The notes: generated by a model not told the origin, from the sequence alone. A DNA stretch of 64,000 nucleotides from an uncultured Hyphomicrobiales bacterium (GCA_964464375.1 CAYXFU010000012.1:15800-79799); one strand, 5' to 3'; counted from the stretch's first letter, positions 52,467-62,509 are shown. Translations and numbers: made by a program.

Positions 52467-53891
52467 TTACCAGACTTCGGTATTCTGCAAATATTCATCA
52501 ATTGCTTTAGCCGCTGTTCTCCCTGCACCCATTGCGAGAATCACAGTTGCACCTCCTGTAACGATGTCGCCACCGGCAAAAACACCTTTCTTACTTGATT
52601 TCATCGATGCAAGGTCAACAGTTATGTTACCCCAGCGATTCACAACCAAATCAGGAGTTGTCTGACTGATAATAGGATTCGATCCGTTACCGATTGCCAC
52701 AACAGCTACATCAAGCGGAATAATCTCAATTGCTCCTTCGATTGGAACAGGTCTGCGTCTTCCGGAAGTATCAGGTTCTCCAAGTTCCATCTTCTGCATC
52801 TTCATCGATCTCAGCCACAAATCGTCATCACCAATGAATTCGAGTGGAGCTGCTAAGAGCATAAATTCAACACCTTCTTCTTTGGCGTGCTTAATTTCTT
52901 CAATTCTTGCCGGCATTTCGGCTTCTGTACGACGATAAACGATCATTGCACGTTTGGCACCAAGTCTGATTGATACTCTGACGGCATCCATGGCTGTGTT
53001 CCCACCACCAAATACTGCAACAGTTTTTCCTTTAACGTCGAACATTGGAGTATCAGATTCAGGGAATTTATATGCTTTCATCAGGTTAACTCTTGTAAGA
53101 TACTCATTTGATGAGTAAACTCCGTTAAGATATTCACCGGGTATATTCATAAAATAGGGGAGACCTGCTCCAACACCAATGAATAATGCGTCATATTCAC
53201 TCAGCAATTCATCAACGGTTCTTGTCAATCCTACAACGAAGTTTGTAACAAACTTAACCCCTGCTTTTTGTAATGCGTCAACTTCAGCATGAACTATTTC
53301 TTTTGGAAGTCTGAATTCGGGTATTCCATAAAGAAGAACACCGCCAATTTCATGCAGAGCTTCAAATATGGTAACATCATGTCCAAATTTAATTAAATCG
53401 CCGGCACAGCTTAATCCAGCAGGACCACCACCAACGATGGCAATTTTTTTCCCGGATTTTTCTGATATTTCAGGAATCTGGATTCCGATATTTTCTCTTT
53501 CCCAATCAGCAACAAATCTCTCAAGATATCCGATAGCAACCGGTTCGTTTTTCTTACCGATTATACAAACTTTTTCACATTGTTCTTCTTGTGGGCATAC
53601 TCTTCCGCAAACTGCCGGTAGAGCATTATCGCCCTTTAGAATCTTTGCGGCTTCTTCATATTTTCCTTCAGTTATCATCTTGAGAAAATCAGGAATTTTA
53701 ACTGCAACAGGGCATCCGGCAATACAGAGTGGCTTTTTGCATTGAATACACCTTTCTGCTTCTTCTTGTGCCAGCTTAATAGTATATCCAAGGTTTACTT
53801 CGCTGAAATTCTTCGCTCTTGCTAAGCCTTCCTGCTCTATCATGTGATGGCGTGGAATTGCCATTCTCTCTTTATTTGTCAACTCAGCCAT
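52467..53891 (-). CDS. nfnB: NfnB / SudA / GltA-like flavoprotein (electron-bifurcating transhydrogenase large subunit)
   Basis: RCIQC..P.C..GCP, CGRVCPQE.QCE, GGGPAG, GGGNTAMD, FAGGDIVTG; coupled to nfnA. Confidence 0.85.
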   Translation of the reverse strand: MAELTNKERMAIPRHHMIEQEGLARAKNFSEVNLGYTIKLAQEEAERCIQCKKPLCIAGCPVAVKIPDFLKMITEGKYEEAAKILKGDNALPAVCGRVCPQEEQCEKVCIIGKKNEPVAIGYLERFVADWERENIGIQIPEISEKSGKKIAIVGGGPAGLSCAGDLIKFGHDVTIFEALHEIGGVLLYGIPEFRLPKEIVHAEVDALQKAGVKFVTNFVVGLTRTVDELLSEYDALFIGVGAGLPYFMNIPGEYLNGVYSSNEYLTRVNLMKAYKFPESDTPMFDVKGKTVAVFGGGNTAMDAVRVSIRLGAKRAMIVYRRTEAEMPARIEEIKHAKEEGVEFMLLAAPLEFIGDDDLWLRSMKMQKMELGEPDTSGRRRPVPIEGAIEIIPLDVAVVAIGNGSNPIISQTTPDLVVNRWGNITVDLASMKSSKKGVFAGGDIVTGGATVILAMGAGRTAAKAIDEYLQNTEVW

Positions 53892-54738
53892 TTGTCACCT
53901 CTACTGCCATCTTGTCGATATTACAGAAATGATCCACTGATATCTTTTCCTGCGTCATGTACATTCTGTTTCTCTTCAACAATAATGAGAAATCTACAGC
54001 GTGTGCATCAAATTCAGGTCCGTCAACACATGCGAAGACTGTTTTATTGTCCACCGAAAGTCTGCATCCGCCACACATTCCGGTACCATCGATCATAACC
54101 GGATTTAGACTAACAACAGTGTGAATACCATATTTTTTTGTCAGGTTCGATACTGCCGCCATCATTGGGATAGGACCAATAGCAAGTACGAAATCAATCT
54201 TTTTCCCACTATCTATCAGTTCCTGAAGTTTCCCTGTAACAAAGCCATGATAGCCATAAGAGCCATCGTCAGTTGTTGGATAAACCTCATCGCATACTGA
54301 TCTCATTTCATCTTCGAGTATAACAAAATCCTTGGTTCTTCCACCAATTATACTGATTGTGTGATTTCCTGCTTCTTTCAATGCCTTGGCTGTTGGGAAT
54401 GCAATCGCAGTTCCAACACCACCACCGATGCTCACAGCTGTACCGAAATTCTCGATATGTGATGCTTTCCCTAATGGACCAACCAAATCATGAATATCAT
54501 CACCGGCTTCCAGCGTGTTCAAATGCTTGGTTGTCTTGCCAATTCCCTGAACAATTATTGTAATCGAACCATCTACGGTACTCGAATCAGCAATAGTCAA
54601 GGGAATACGTTCGCCGTCATCATGGACTCTCAGAATTATAAATTGTCCTGCTTTGCGCTTTTCTGCGATCAAAGGGGCATCTATCCTGAATAACTTGATG
54701 TCAGGCGCCAAAAAACGTGCTTCAATTATTTTGTTCAT
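53884..54738 (-). CDS. nfnA: NfnA / SudB FAD/NAD-binding 2Fe-2S subunit
   Basis: ERIPLTIAD, GPLG, GGGVG, DGTGMCGGCR..CVDGPEFD. Confidence 0.87.
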   Translation of the reverse strand: MNKIIEARFLAPDIKLFRIDAPLIAEKRKAGQFIILRVHDDGERIPLTIADSSTVDGSITIIVQGIGKTTKHLNTLEAGDDIHDLVGPLGKASHIENFGTAVSIGGGVGTAIAFPTAKALKEAGNHTISIIGGRTKDFVILEDEMRSVCDEVYPTTDDGSYGYHGFVTGKLQELIDSGKKIDFVLAIGPIPMMAAVSNLTKKYGIHTVVSLNPVMIDGTGMCGGCRLSVDNKTVFACVDGPEFDAHAVDFSLLLKRNRMYMTQEKISVDHFCNIDKMAVEVTNG

Positions 54739-55012
54739 TTAACTTTAACCTTACTGTTTTGACTATAAATCAATAAAATTCGCTGATACTTTTTACGTTT
54801 TGAGTAGCAACAAATATAAGAAAAAAATAAATCATAATGAAATTTGATTGTCTTTATTCGTCTTATTTATAGATGATTTAACACTATTATTTCATTGTTT
54901 GGTACTCAATATATCAATTTCTTGAATATTTTTAATTTTATTACTTTGCTATTTGTTAAATTGTAATAATGTTAATATATTTAATTTCTGATCACTTGTA
55001 ATTTTTAAAAAT

Positions 55013-56329
55013 ATGAATTATAAATTTTTATTATTTTTTATCTTTCTGATTCTGTCTTTTGTTTTATTCGCTTGTAAACAGAAGGAAAAAGAACCAGTAG
55101 ATCAATCACCCAAATACTCCAGTATCGAAAGGCTCTCAAAATCGCAGTTTGCTGAAGGTGATACAATCGAAATATTCGGCAAAAGATTTGGTGCAGTCTT
55201 AGGAGATCAGTATCTTGAATTTTCCGGAGAAACATCTGAAGATCCGAAGTACCTGAGCTGGTCGGATACACTTATAAAAGTTATAGTCCCTAAACGAGCC
55301 GCCAGTGGCGATATTGCTTTAAAGCATCAGCTCAGCAATAGTGTTGAATACACAGTCAACCGTGGATGGCTCTATCGTATCATAGATTTTCTTGTTAATA
55401 TTTCTTTGTTTATTACATTGATCTACATTTATCTCCGTATTAACAAGATATGGAAACGTAAACACGAAAAGGAAGTTGCCGATTCCCAATCTCTTGCAGG
55501 TATGTCAATATATATAGTGAATTGCATCCTATGGGTAAGTTATTACATACTTGTCGAACCAGACACAAAAAGCTTGATCGATACTTCAATCTACATATTC
55601 GAAGGCTCTATCATATTCCTTATTGGTACCGGATTCTGGGTAAAAGGGCAGAGAAGTCAGGGATTATGGTTACTTATTAAGCAAGCTCTCAGACTTGAAC
55701 GCAAAGAAGCTGACTATCTTTTGAAGCGCGTATTTAAGCCTCAGAATGCCGAAATTATAATAAGTATTCTCCATCAGTTGGCTATGATAGACGATGAGCT
55801 TGATGATAAAGAAATCAAAATGATTCAGACATTTGCCAAAGATTGGAATATCGATTACTCAATCGATAAACTCAACAAGGAAAGAGCTAAAGATACGGAA
55901 AATAATTTTATTCAGTTGAGGCAAAGTCTTATCAGTTATCTCGACCGCGAACCGCCGGCTGAGCAAGCCGCCCATCTCAAGGATATGGTTCAACAGATGA
56001 TCAAAGCTGACTCAAAAATCACTCATGAAGAAGAATTAATATCTGACGAACTTTCGGGTATTATCGAAACTTATCTTTCTCAGGATTCTGTACTAACCAG
56101 ATTCCATGTTATCATTGTACCTCAGCATTCAGGTCATGAGGCAAAAATTCTTGAGTTGCTCCCCGATTCTGTTAAGATTCAGACTGCCGGTGGTATAGCA
56201 TATTCAATCGGAACTTTCTACTCACACAAATACGCCGAAATGATTTGCCGTCAGTTCCGTAAGAACAATCTGTTCACAATTGTTTATTCACCCGAAGAAA
56301 ATGATGAAGTCATCATCTCTGATGAATAA
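55013..56329 (+). CDS. Multi-domain membrane lipoprotein (IPT/TIG + PQ-loop-like TM bundle + TerB-like domains)
   Basis: LFAC lipobox; WSDTLIKVIVP (IPT); 3 TM; LAMIDDELDDKE and MIKADSKITHEE TerB-like motifs. Confidence 0.7.
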   Translation: MNYKFLLFFIFLILSFVLFACKQKEKEPVDQSPKYSSIERLSKSQFAEGDTIEIFGKRFGAVLGDQYLEFSGETSEDPKYLSWSDTLIKVIVPKRAASGDIALKHQLSNSVEYTVNRGWLYRIIDFLVNISLFITLIYIYLRINKIWKRKHEKEVADSQSLAGMSIYIVNCILWVSYYILVEPDTKSLIDTSIYIFEGSIIFLIGTGFWVKGQRSQGLWLLIKQALRLERKEADYLLKRVFKPQNAEIIISILHQLAMIDDELDDKEIKMIQTFAKDWNIDYSIDKLNKERAKDTENNFIQLRQSLISYLDREPPAEQAAHLKDMVQQMIKADSKITHEEELISDELSGIIETYLSQDSVLTRFHVIIVPQHSGHEAKILELLPDSVKIQTAGGIAYSIGTFYSHKYAEMICRQFRKNNLFTIVYSPEENDEVIISDE

Positions 56330-56432
56330 ATTTTTCCTCTTCTAAAAAATAAAATTGAAATATGTTTACAAATTTTTGGTAAATTTGTAATCTATTATAA
56401 TTCAATTTCATATTTACTTGGAGTTTATTAAA

Positions 56433-57230
56433 ATGACTATTAAAACAATCATTTTTGCATTTATTGCAACATTTGCTATTACCGCATGCGGTAACAGCGG
56501 TTCTAATCCAAATCCCGGTTCACCCAAAGCCTTTATGGATTCTGTCAGCTATATGATTGGATTCAACATTGGTTCACAGATGGCAAAAGATTCATTGGAT
56601 ATCAAAATGGATTTCTACATTAAAGGCTTAAACGATGCCAAGAAAAACGATACAACATTCCTTTCCCCCAAAGCAATTCAGGGTGTGGGGATGAGATTCC
56701 AGGAAATGTTGATGAAGAAGCAAGATGAAAACAAAAAGAAGGACGAAGCTAAGTTGATGGCTGAAGCTTCTGGCAACAAAGAAAAAGCTGTTAAATTCCT
56801 TGCAGAAAATAAAAACAAACCCGGTGTGAAAGTAACCGAAAGTGGTCTCCAGTATGAAATTCTTAAAGAAGGTAACGGTAAAATTCCGAAAGATGACGAC
56901 ATGGTTAGCTTCCACATCCGTGCTTATCTTACTGATGGCAAAAAGTTCGATGATTCCTACGAAAAAAACCAGCCCATTAAAATTGGCGTAAAAAGCCAGG
57001 TTAAAGCATGGGAAGAAGCTTTCCAGAAAATGAAAGTCGGTTCAATATGGAAACTTTATGTTTCTCCTGAACTCGGATGGGGTGAACGCGGTGTACCGCC
57101 AACAATTCCACCTTCGACTGTTACTATATTCGAAATTGAATTGGTAAGCATCGACGGTAAAGCTCAGGCACAGAATGCTCCGCCACAGATGCCTCCTACA
57201 GAAGCACAGCCTCTTAAACCCGTAAAATAA
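56433..57230 (+). CDS. FKBP-type peptidyl-prolyl isomerase lipoprotein (FkpA/Mip-like)
   Basis: ITAC lipobox, DSVSYMIG, TESGLQYE, FDDSY, IPPSTVTIFEIEL. Confidence 0.92.
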   Translation: MTIKTIIFAFIATFAITACGNSGSNPNPGSPKAFMDSVSYMIGFNIGSQMAKDSLDIKMDFYIKGLNDAKKNDTTFLSPKAIQGVGMRFQEMLMKKQDENKKKDEAKLMAEASGNKEKAVKFLAENKNKPGVKVTESGLQYEILKEGNGKIPKDDDMVSFHIRAYLTDGKKFDDSYEKNQPIKIGVKSQVKAWEEAFQKMKVGSIWKLYVSPELGWGERGVPPTIPPSTVTIFEIELVSIDGKAQAQNAPPQMPPTEAQPLKPVK

Positions 57231-57253
57231 TATCTAAAGATATAAGATTCAAT

Positions 57254-57286
57254 AAAATGCCATACTGTGAAGTGTGGCATTTTTTA
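57254..57286 (+). terminator. Bidirectional terminator
   Basis: aaaatgccatact..agtgtggcatttttt. Confidence 0.75.
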
Positions 57287-57427
57287 ATGCTTTAACTCAA
57301 TAATAATTTAGCTAAGACTAAATTATTATATAGATAGGAAAAGTCAACAGAATAGGAATATTATTTGCATGGTGTTTAAATAATAGCTATTTTAATATGA
57401 AATTAAAATCTCATTTTAGGATACAAA

Positions 57428-59596
57428 ATGAAAAAAACATTATTATTATTATTAATAGCTTTCCCTTTCTTTCAGATTAGTTCAGCATTATCCTTAGATG
57501 CAAAATTAATTTGGAATAAGTATAGCAATAATGGCTCAATTAATCAAATCGAAACAAATTCAAATTCTGATATTATTTTTACAATAGGTCGAAGTATAAG
57601 AATATTTAATCAGATTGATAGAACTTTTCGATTTATTAAAATTGATTCAGTTAATTCAGTTCAAAAAATAAAATTGAACGAAAGTGAAAGCAAAATCTAT
57701 TGCTTTCATGATATAAAAGGAAATCTTAAATCACTCAGATTATCTGTTATTGATTTTGTAACCGGAAAAATTGTGAGTTCAATACAACTGGAATATACTT
57801 CGAATAAATTAAAATTTGTAGATGTTTCTTTTGACAATAAATACATTGTTGGTCTGGACGGAAATAAACAAGTCTATATTTGGGATTTTAAAACAGGATC
57901 TTTAATTAAACAATTTACTTCAAGTTCAGATTATTGGGCATATAATATTTATTTGTCACCAAAGAAAAATGTTTTGGTCGCGGCTCAGGAAAAAAAGATG
58001 TATTTGTACGATTTAGATTCAGGAAAGATTATCAACTCATTTAAAAGTAGTTCTTATAAAGATATTTTATTAACTTTTACAAATAATGATTCTCTGTTAG
58101 CTGAATATGACTGCTATGGTTACTTTTTGATTTATAACTACTATACCGGTGAAGTAACAAAAATGTTTAATATAGATATAAAGGAGTTAGGTTTTATATA
58201 CAGTTCTGATTTTGTTTTAAATGATTCCTTAATCCTTTATCGAACTTACTCTGGAATAGGTCTATACGATTTGAAATTTGATTCTAATGTTAAAACCATT
58301 TTAACTAAAATTGGTATGGTAACATCGTCTTATCTTGAGGTGAACAAAAGTAAAAGTAGAATACTCCTTGGTGGCGAACAATTGAAGGTATATGATTTTC
58401 CAGCCCTTAATCAGATTGACAGTGTATATGATTTCTTAAGGAGTTCAGAAACTAGTACTTTTTATAATTTTAGTAGTGATGATAAAAAACTGAATATTTT
58501 TACTACTTACAATTCTTATATGTCACCAAGCAATGATTATTATGCATTAGACATTGCTTCTACTCAATTCGAGAGACAAACAGGCTATGTAAACGATTCA
58601 TCGACTGCATATCAATTTCTCTCCAAGCTAGACTTAATAGTTTTGTTGCATAAAAACAAAATATCTCTTTTCAACACAAAAGAATCAAAATATGATCAAG
58701 TATTATCTTTTAATGATTCAATTTCTGAAATAAAGTTGTCTGAGGATATCAAATACGCAACATATCGTGATATAAGAACAAATGTCTGGAAAGTTATTGA
58801 TCTTAATAATGATTTGATTCTATTTGAACAGCCTGATAATTCTTATGGCTTCTATTTTTCTGAAACACAAAAATATTTTCATAGCTACGAAGGTAACGAC
58901 AAGATGAATTTAGTTGTTCGTGAAAGCAAAAATGGGAATGAGATTTTCAGAAAAAATGAAATCGAATCTTATGGAAGTTTCTTTTCAAAAGATGATAAAT
59001 ACTTTTTTAATCTTATTGATAAGGACATTATTAAGTATTCATTGGAAACAGGAGATTCTTTACAAAAAATTCCTGCAAATGAAAATTGGACCGGCTGGCC
59101 CTTTATTTTGACAAAAGATTCAAAATATATGATAGTGTCAACAAATAATGGAATGATTGAATTCTTCGACATGGATTCAATGAAAGTAACAAAAAGATTT
59201 GGAGGGGATTATGATTATCCCATCGGAGGATTTGTTTTAAGTCATGATGAGAAGAAATTAGCAATTCAATTTCAGGATAATTCACTTTTCTTGTATTCAC
59301 TTGATACAACAACATCTATTGATAGTCCCAACACTTTAGATGTTAGATCAAGTCAAATTTCCCCTAATCCAGCAACGGATTTCATAGAAATATCTTATCC
59401 CCCTCTTGAGAGGGGGGCAGGGGGTGTGATTATAAAAATATATAATGTGTTTGGGCAAATACAGACCACCCCGTCACTTCGTGACACCCCTCCTTGGAAA
59501 GGAGGGGAAAAAGTCAGAATCGATGTCTCCTTGCTTCCAGCCGGCATCTATTTTGTTAGAATTGGGGATAAAGTGCAAAAGTTTATAAAGTTATAA
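57428..59596 (+). CDS. AT-rich WD40-like beta-propeller protein with T9SS C-terminal domain
   Basis: Signal peptide; IWDFKTG/LYDLDSG repeats; CTD ISPNPATDFIEI...RIDVS.LPAGIYFVRI..KFIKL. Confidence 0.85.
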   Translation: MKKTLLLLLIAFPFFQISSALSLDAKLIWNKYSNNGSINQIETNSNSDIIFTIGRSIRIFNQIDRTFRFIKIDSVNSVQKIKLNESESKIYCFHDIKGNLKSLRLSVIDFVTGKIVSSIQLEYTSNKLKFVDVSFDNKYIVGLDGNKQVYIWDFKTGSLIKQFTSSSDYWAYNIYLSPKKNVLVAAQEKKMYLYDLDSGKIINSFKSSSYKDILLTFTNNDSLLAEYDCYGYFLIYNYYTGEVTKMFNIDIKELGFIYSSDFVLNDSLILYRTYSGIGLYDLKFDSNVKTILTKIGMVTSSYLEVNKSKSRILLGGEQLKVYDFPALNQIDSVYDFLRSSETSTFYNFSSDDKKLNIFTTYNSYMSPSNDYYALDIASTQFERQTGYVNDSSTAYQFLSKLDLIVLLHKNKISLFNTKESKYDQVLSFNDSISEIKLSEDIKYATYRDIRTNVWKVIDLNNDLILFEQPDNSYGFYFSETQKYFHSYEGNDKMNLVVRESKNGNEIFRKNEIESYGSFFSKDDKYFFNLIDKDIIKYSLETGDSLQKIPANENWTGWPFILTKDSKYMIVSTNNGMIEFFDMDSMKVTKRFGGDYDYPIGGFVLSHDEKKLAIQFQDNSLFLYSLDTTTSIDSPNTLDVRSSQISPNPATDFIEISYPPLERGAGGVIIKIYNVFGQIQTTPSLRDTPPWKGGEKVRIDVSLLPAGIYFVRIGDKVQKFIKL
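59398..59508. repeat. Two in-frame REP-like palindromes within the T9SS CTD coding sequence
   Basis: cccctcttgagagggg..ggggtgtg (59398-59428) matches intergenic 139-168; ccaccccgtcacttcgtgacacccctccttggaaaggagggga (59466-59508) is a related element in the opposite orientation. Confidence 0.8.
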
Positions 59597-59760
59597 AGTC
59601 TGTAAAGTAGTAAATTTGTATTCAGCTACGGAGTAGCGACCTGATTATAGAAAATAGTCAATAAAACGAACAAGAGCTCCATCGGAGCGGTCTGAAAAAA
59701 TTGCTCCACACAATTCAAATTTTGAAGATGTCCTACACCTCTCAGTTGTAGGACATCTAT
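59578..59760. repeat. aaagtt(t)at microrepeat plus REP cluster
   Basis: aaagtttataaagttataaagt (also at 60929-60950); gctac-gga-gtagc; gctcc-atc-ggagc; agatgtcctaca..tgtaggacatct. Confidence 0.65.
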
Positions 59761-59857
59761 AATTATCCTTCATTCCATCATTCATTTCTTGTGATATAAC
59801 CAAAAATTCTTTAAATTAATACTTTATCGCAATCCACTCACTCAGATAGATATTCTT

Positions 59858-60919
59858 ATGAAGAAAATCCACAGAAACATAAGTGCCGGCGAAGCCCCCG
59901 AGAAAGTCATTTTCATCGGTGACAAGAAAATGGATAAGACAATCCTACGCCGTCTTTGCTACTCTCATGACAATGTCCAGGAAACTGTTCACGATGACAA
60001 GCGAGATATGTCGGAATTTACCCGGTGCGACGGTATCAGCTGGTTCCAGGTCTATGGTGTGCACGATGTCGAACTACTCTCTCAGCTCGGCAAGAGCTTC
60101 GATATTCACCCTTTGATTCTCGCTGACATCGCCAACACCGAACACAATCCCAAAATGGATATATTCGATCATCAGATATTCATCGAGCTGAAGCGCATGA
60201 CCTACAATGCTGAATCCCGCATTATAGACTCAGAGCAGTGCAGTCTTCTCTTAGGTAAGAACTATGTTATGTCGTTCCTTGAGCGTGATGATGATGTGTT
60301 CGATTCAATAATTAAACGCATAAAAGCCGGAAAACAAAAGATTTCATCTGCTTCTTCTGGCTTTCTTGCCTATTCACTTATAGATGTTATTGTCGATGAT
60401 TACTATTCCATTCTCGAGCAGATTGGTGAGGACATCGAGAATCTTGAGGACAGCATCATCGAAAAGCCAACAATCAAAGATATAGAGCAGATTCACAGCA
60501 TCAAACATTCACTGATCTATCTCCGCAAAGCAGTCTGGCCCCTCAGGGAAGTCGTCAAAAAGTTCGATGTCGAAGCTGCAGATTTCTTCGATAAGTCCGA
60601 CTATATCTACCTCCGTGACCTTTATGATCATATTATCCAGATCATAGACACAGTTGAAACTCAGCGCGAAATCCTCGCTGAGATACTCGATATATATCTT
60701 TCCTCAGTCAGCAATAAATTAAATCAAATAATGAAAGTGCTAACAATTATATCAACCATTTTCATCCCCTTAACATTCATTTCAAGCATCTACGGTATGA
60801 ACTTCAAATTTATGCCTGAACTGGAGTGGCAGTGGAGCTATCCTATCCTCTTGGTATCGATGCTTACATTAGGTTTGATTATGCTCTTCAAGTTTAAGAA
60901 AAATGGGTGGTTTAGTTAA
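59858..60919 (+). CDS. corA: Magnesium/cobalt transporter CorA
   Basis: FDIHPL, YLRDLYDH, MKVLTIISTIFIPLT, YGMNF..MPEL.W. Confidence 0.96.
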   Translation: MKKIHRNISAGEAPEKVIFIGDKKMDKTILRRLCYSHDNVQETVHDDKRDMSEFTRCDGISWFQVYGVHDVELLSQLGKSFDIHPLILADIANTEHNPKMDIFDHQIFIELKRMTYNAESRIIDSEQCSLLLGKNYVMSFLERDDDVFDSIIKRIKAGKQKISSASSGFLAYSLIDVIVDDYYSILEQIGEDIENLEDSIIEKPTIKDIEQIHSIKHSLIYLRKAVWPLREVVKKFDVEAADFFDKSDYIYLRDLYDHIIQIIDTVETQREILAEILDIYLSSVSNKLNQIMKVLTIISTIFIPLTFISSIYGMNFKFMPELEWQWSYPILLVSMLTLGLIMLFKFKKNGWFS

Positions 60920-60977
60920 ACAGTTTGTAAAGTTTATAAAGTTATAAAGTTGAAAGTTTGTAAAGAGGTTAACCACT

Positions 60978-61523
60978 ATGAAATTATTAAATTTTGCTAT
61001 TTTTCTCTTGATTCTCGGTTTTGCTTCTTGTGCAAATACAAACAGAATCGAGAAGAAAACCTACTATCCGAATAACGCTCCGGATGAACATTATTATTTA
61101 AAAGATGGGAAGAAGGATGGTGAATATAAAAGTTATTATGAAAATGGAAAATTAGCAGGATATGGTTCTTTCGAGAATAATTTAATGGTTGGTGAATGGA
61201 AAACCTATTATGAAAATGGGAGCTTGCTCAGTGTTGTTAATTACGTTTTAGGATTACAAACTACAATGGATGCATGGGATCAAAAAGGAAATCATGTTAT
61301 TGTGAATGGTACTGGTACTCTAACTGTTTATTATGAAAATGGCAATCCTAAACACCAATCAACTTATAAAAACTCCAAGGGTACAGGTAAAAATATTTCA
61401 TGGTATGAAAATGGTAAAAAGAAACTAGAGTTTGAAATCAAAGATGGCAAAGTGATTAGCTCAAAATCTTGGGACGAGGATGGAAATCTACTTGAAGATG
61501 AAATAAAATGGAATAATAAATGA
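60978..61523 (+). CDS. MORN-variant (YwqK-like) repeat lipoprotein
   Basis: FASC lipobox; repeated G.WK.YYENG. Confidence 0.85.
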   Translation: MKLLNFAIFLLILGFASCANTNRIEKKTYYPNNAPDEHYYLKDGKKDGEYKSYYENGKLAGYGSFENNLMVGEWKTYYENGSLLSVVNYVLGLQTTMDAWDQKGNHVIVNGTGTLTVYYENGNPKHQSTYKNSKGTGKNISWYENGKKKLEFEIKDGKVISSKSWDEDGNLLEDEIKWNNK

Positions 61524-62437
61524 AAAAGTATTTTTTATATCTAATGGCATTTGTTTCAGTATTCTTGTCTTCTTCAATTCTGATGTATTCAGGAAATACT
61601 AAATCAACTTATGATGAATTTTTAATAGAAAGTGACTCTATTAAAGTAAGATTGATCATAAATGAATTCAAGAAAAAATCCTTGAATTTTACATTAGAAA
61701 ATATTGATAAAATAACAGGTCGAAATGTTATTATTGAAGGAAAGGCAAAAAATACCGACAACATTAAATTTGGAAGTGAAAGTGTTGATGATGAAACTAC
61801 TGGTATAGGTATTCCAGTAAATGTGTTTGTTTTTAAAAACAAAATTTACTATTTGGAATTAAAATTCTCAAGAATCATAGGTAAATGTTTTATTTCCTGC
61901 TTTACTGACGACGAAAAGCACCCTATATTCAAAGACTTGTTATTAAAGAGAGTAATATATAAGGATACTATTGATAGAAAGGAAAAATTAGACAAAATAA
62001 AAAAGAATTCTCTATTCTATAAAGAATATAAGCCGATAAAGATCATTGGTCTTTCAGGTTGCTGGGGGGCTGAACTGCATAAGAATGACCTATTTTCTTT
62101 AAGTTGTCGAGTTTGGTATCTCACATATTATCAAATTTATTTCGAAATAGAGTCAGTGAACAAAGAAACACATTATAAGTGTCAAGCCAGTGGATTTGCA
62201 TTACTGCAGTTAAACGGTAATGACTATCTATATAGAAAATCCGATAAGAGTATTATTGAGAGTACTGAAAAAATAGAATCATTTATTTCTTTTATAGAAT
62301 ATAAGACTTTTGAAAAAAATGAGAATTTTAGCTTAAATTTTGATGCAATTGATGCTGGTTCATTAAGAATAATATCTAACAATATAAAAGATAAGGATTG
62401 TGGTTTTAATACTTATCTCCCTTTGGTTACTTTTTAG
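61520..62437 (+). CDS. AT-rich hypothetical exported protein
   Basis: 305-aa ORF with signal-like N-terminus, 4-nt overlap with the upstream gene. Confidence 0.7.
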   Translation: MKKYFLYLMAFVSVFLSSSILMYSGNTKSTYDEFLIESDSIKVRLIINEFKKKSLNFTLENIDKITGRNVIIEGKAKNTDNIKFGSESVDDETTGIGIPVNVFVFKNKIYYLELKFSRIIGKCFISCFTDDEKHPIFKDLLLKRVIYKDTIDRKEKLDKIKKNSLFYKEYKPIKIIGLSGCWGAELHKNDLFSLSCRVWYLTYYQIYFEIESVNKETHYKCQASGFALLQLNGNDYLYRKSDKSIIESTEKIESFISFIEYKTFEKNENFSLNFDAIDAGSLRIISNNIKDKDCGFNTYLPLVTF

Positions 62438-62509
62438 AAAGTTACCTTAACAATTGTATCTTACAAGATTAAGATGTTGGCATGTGAGCTAGAGTAGAGA
62501 AATTAATAA

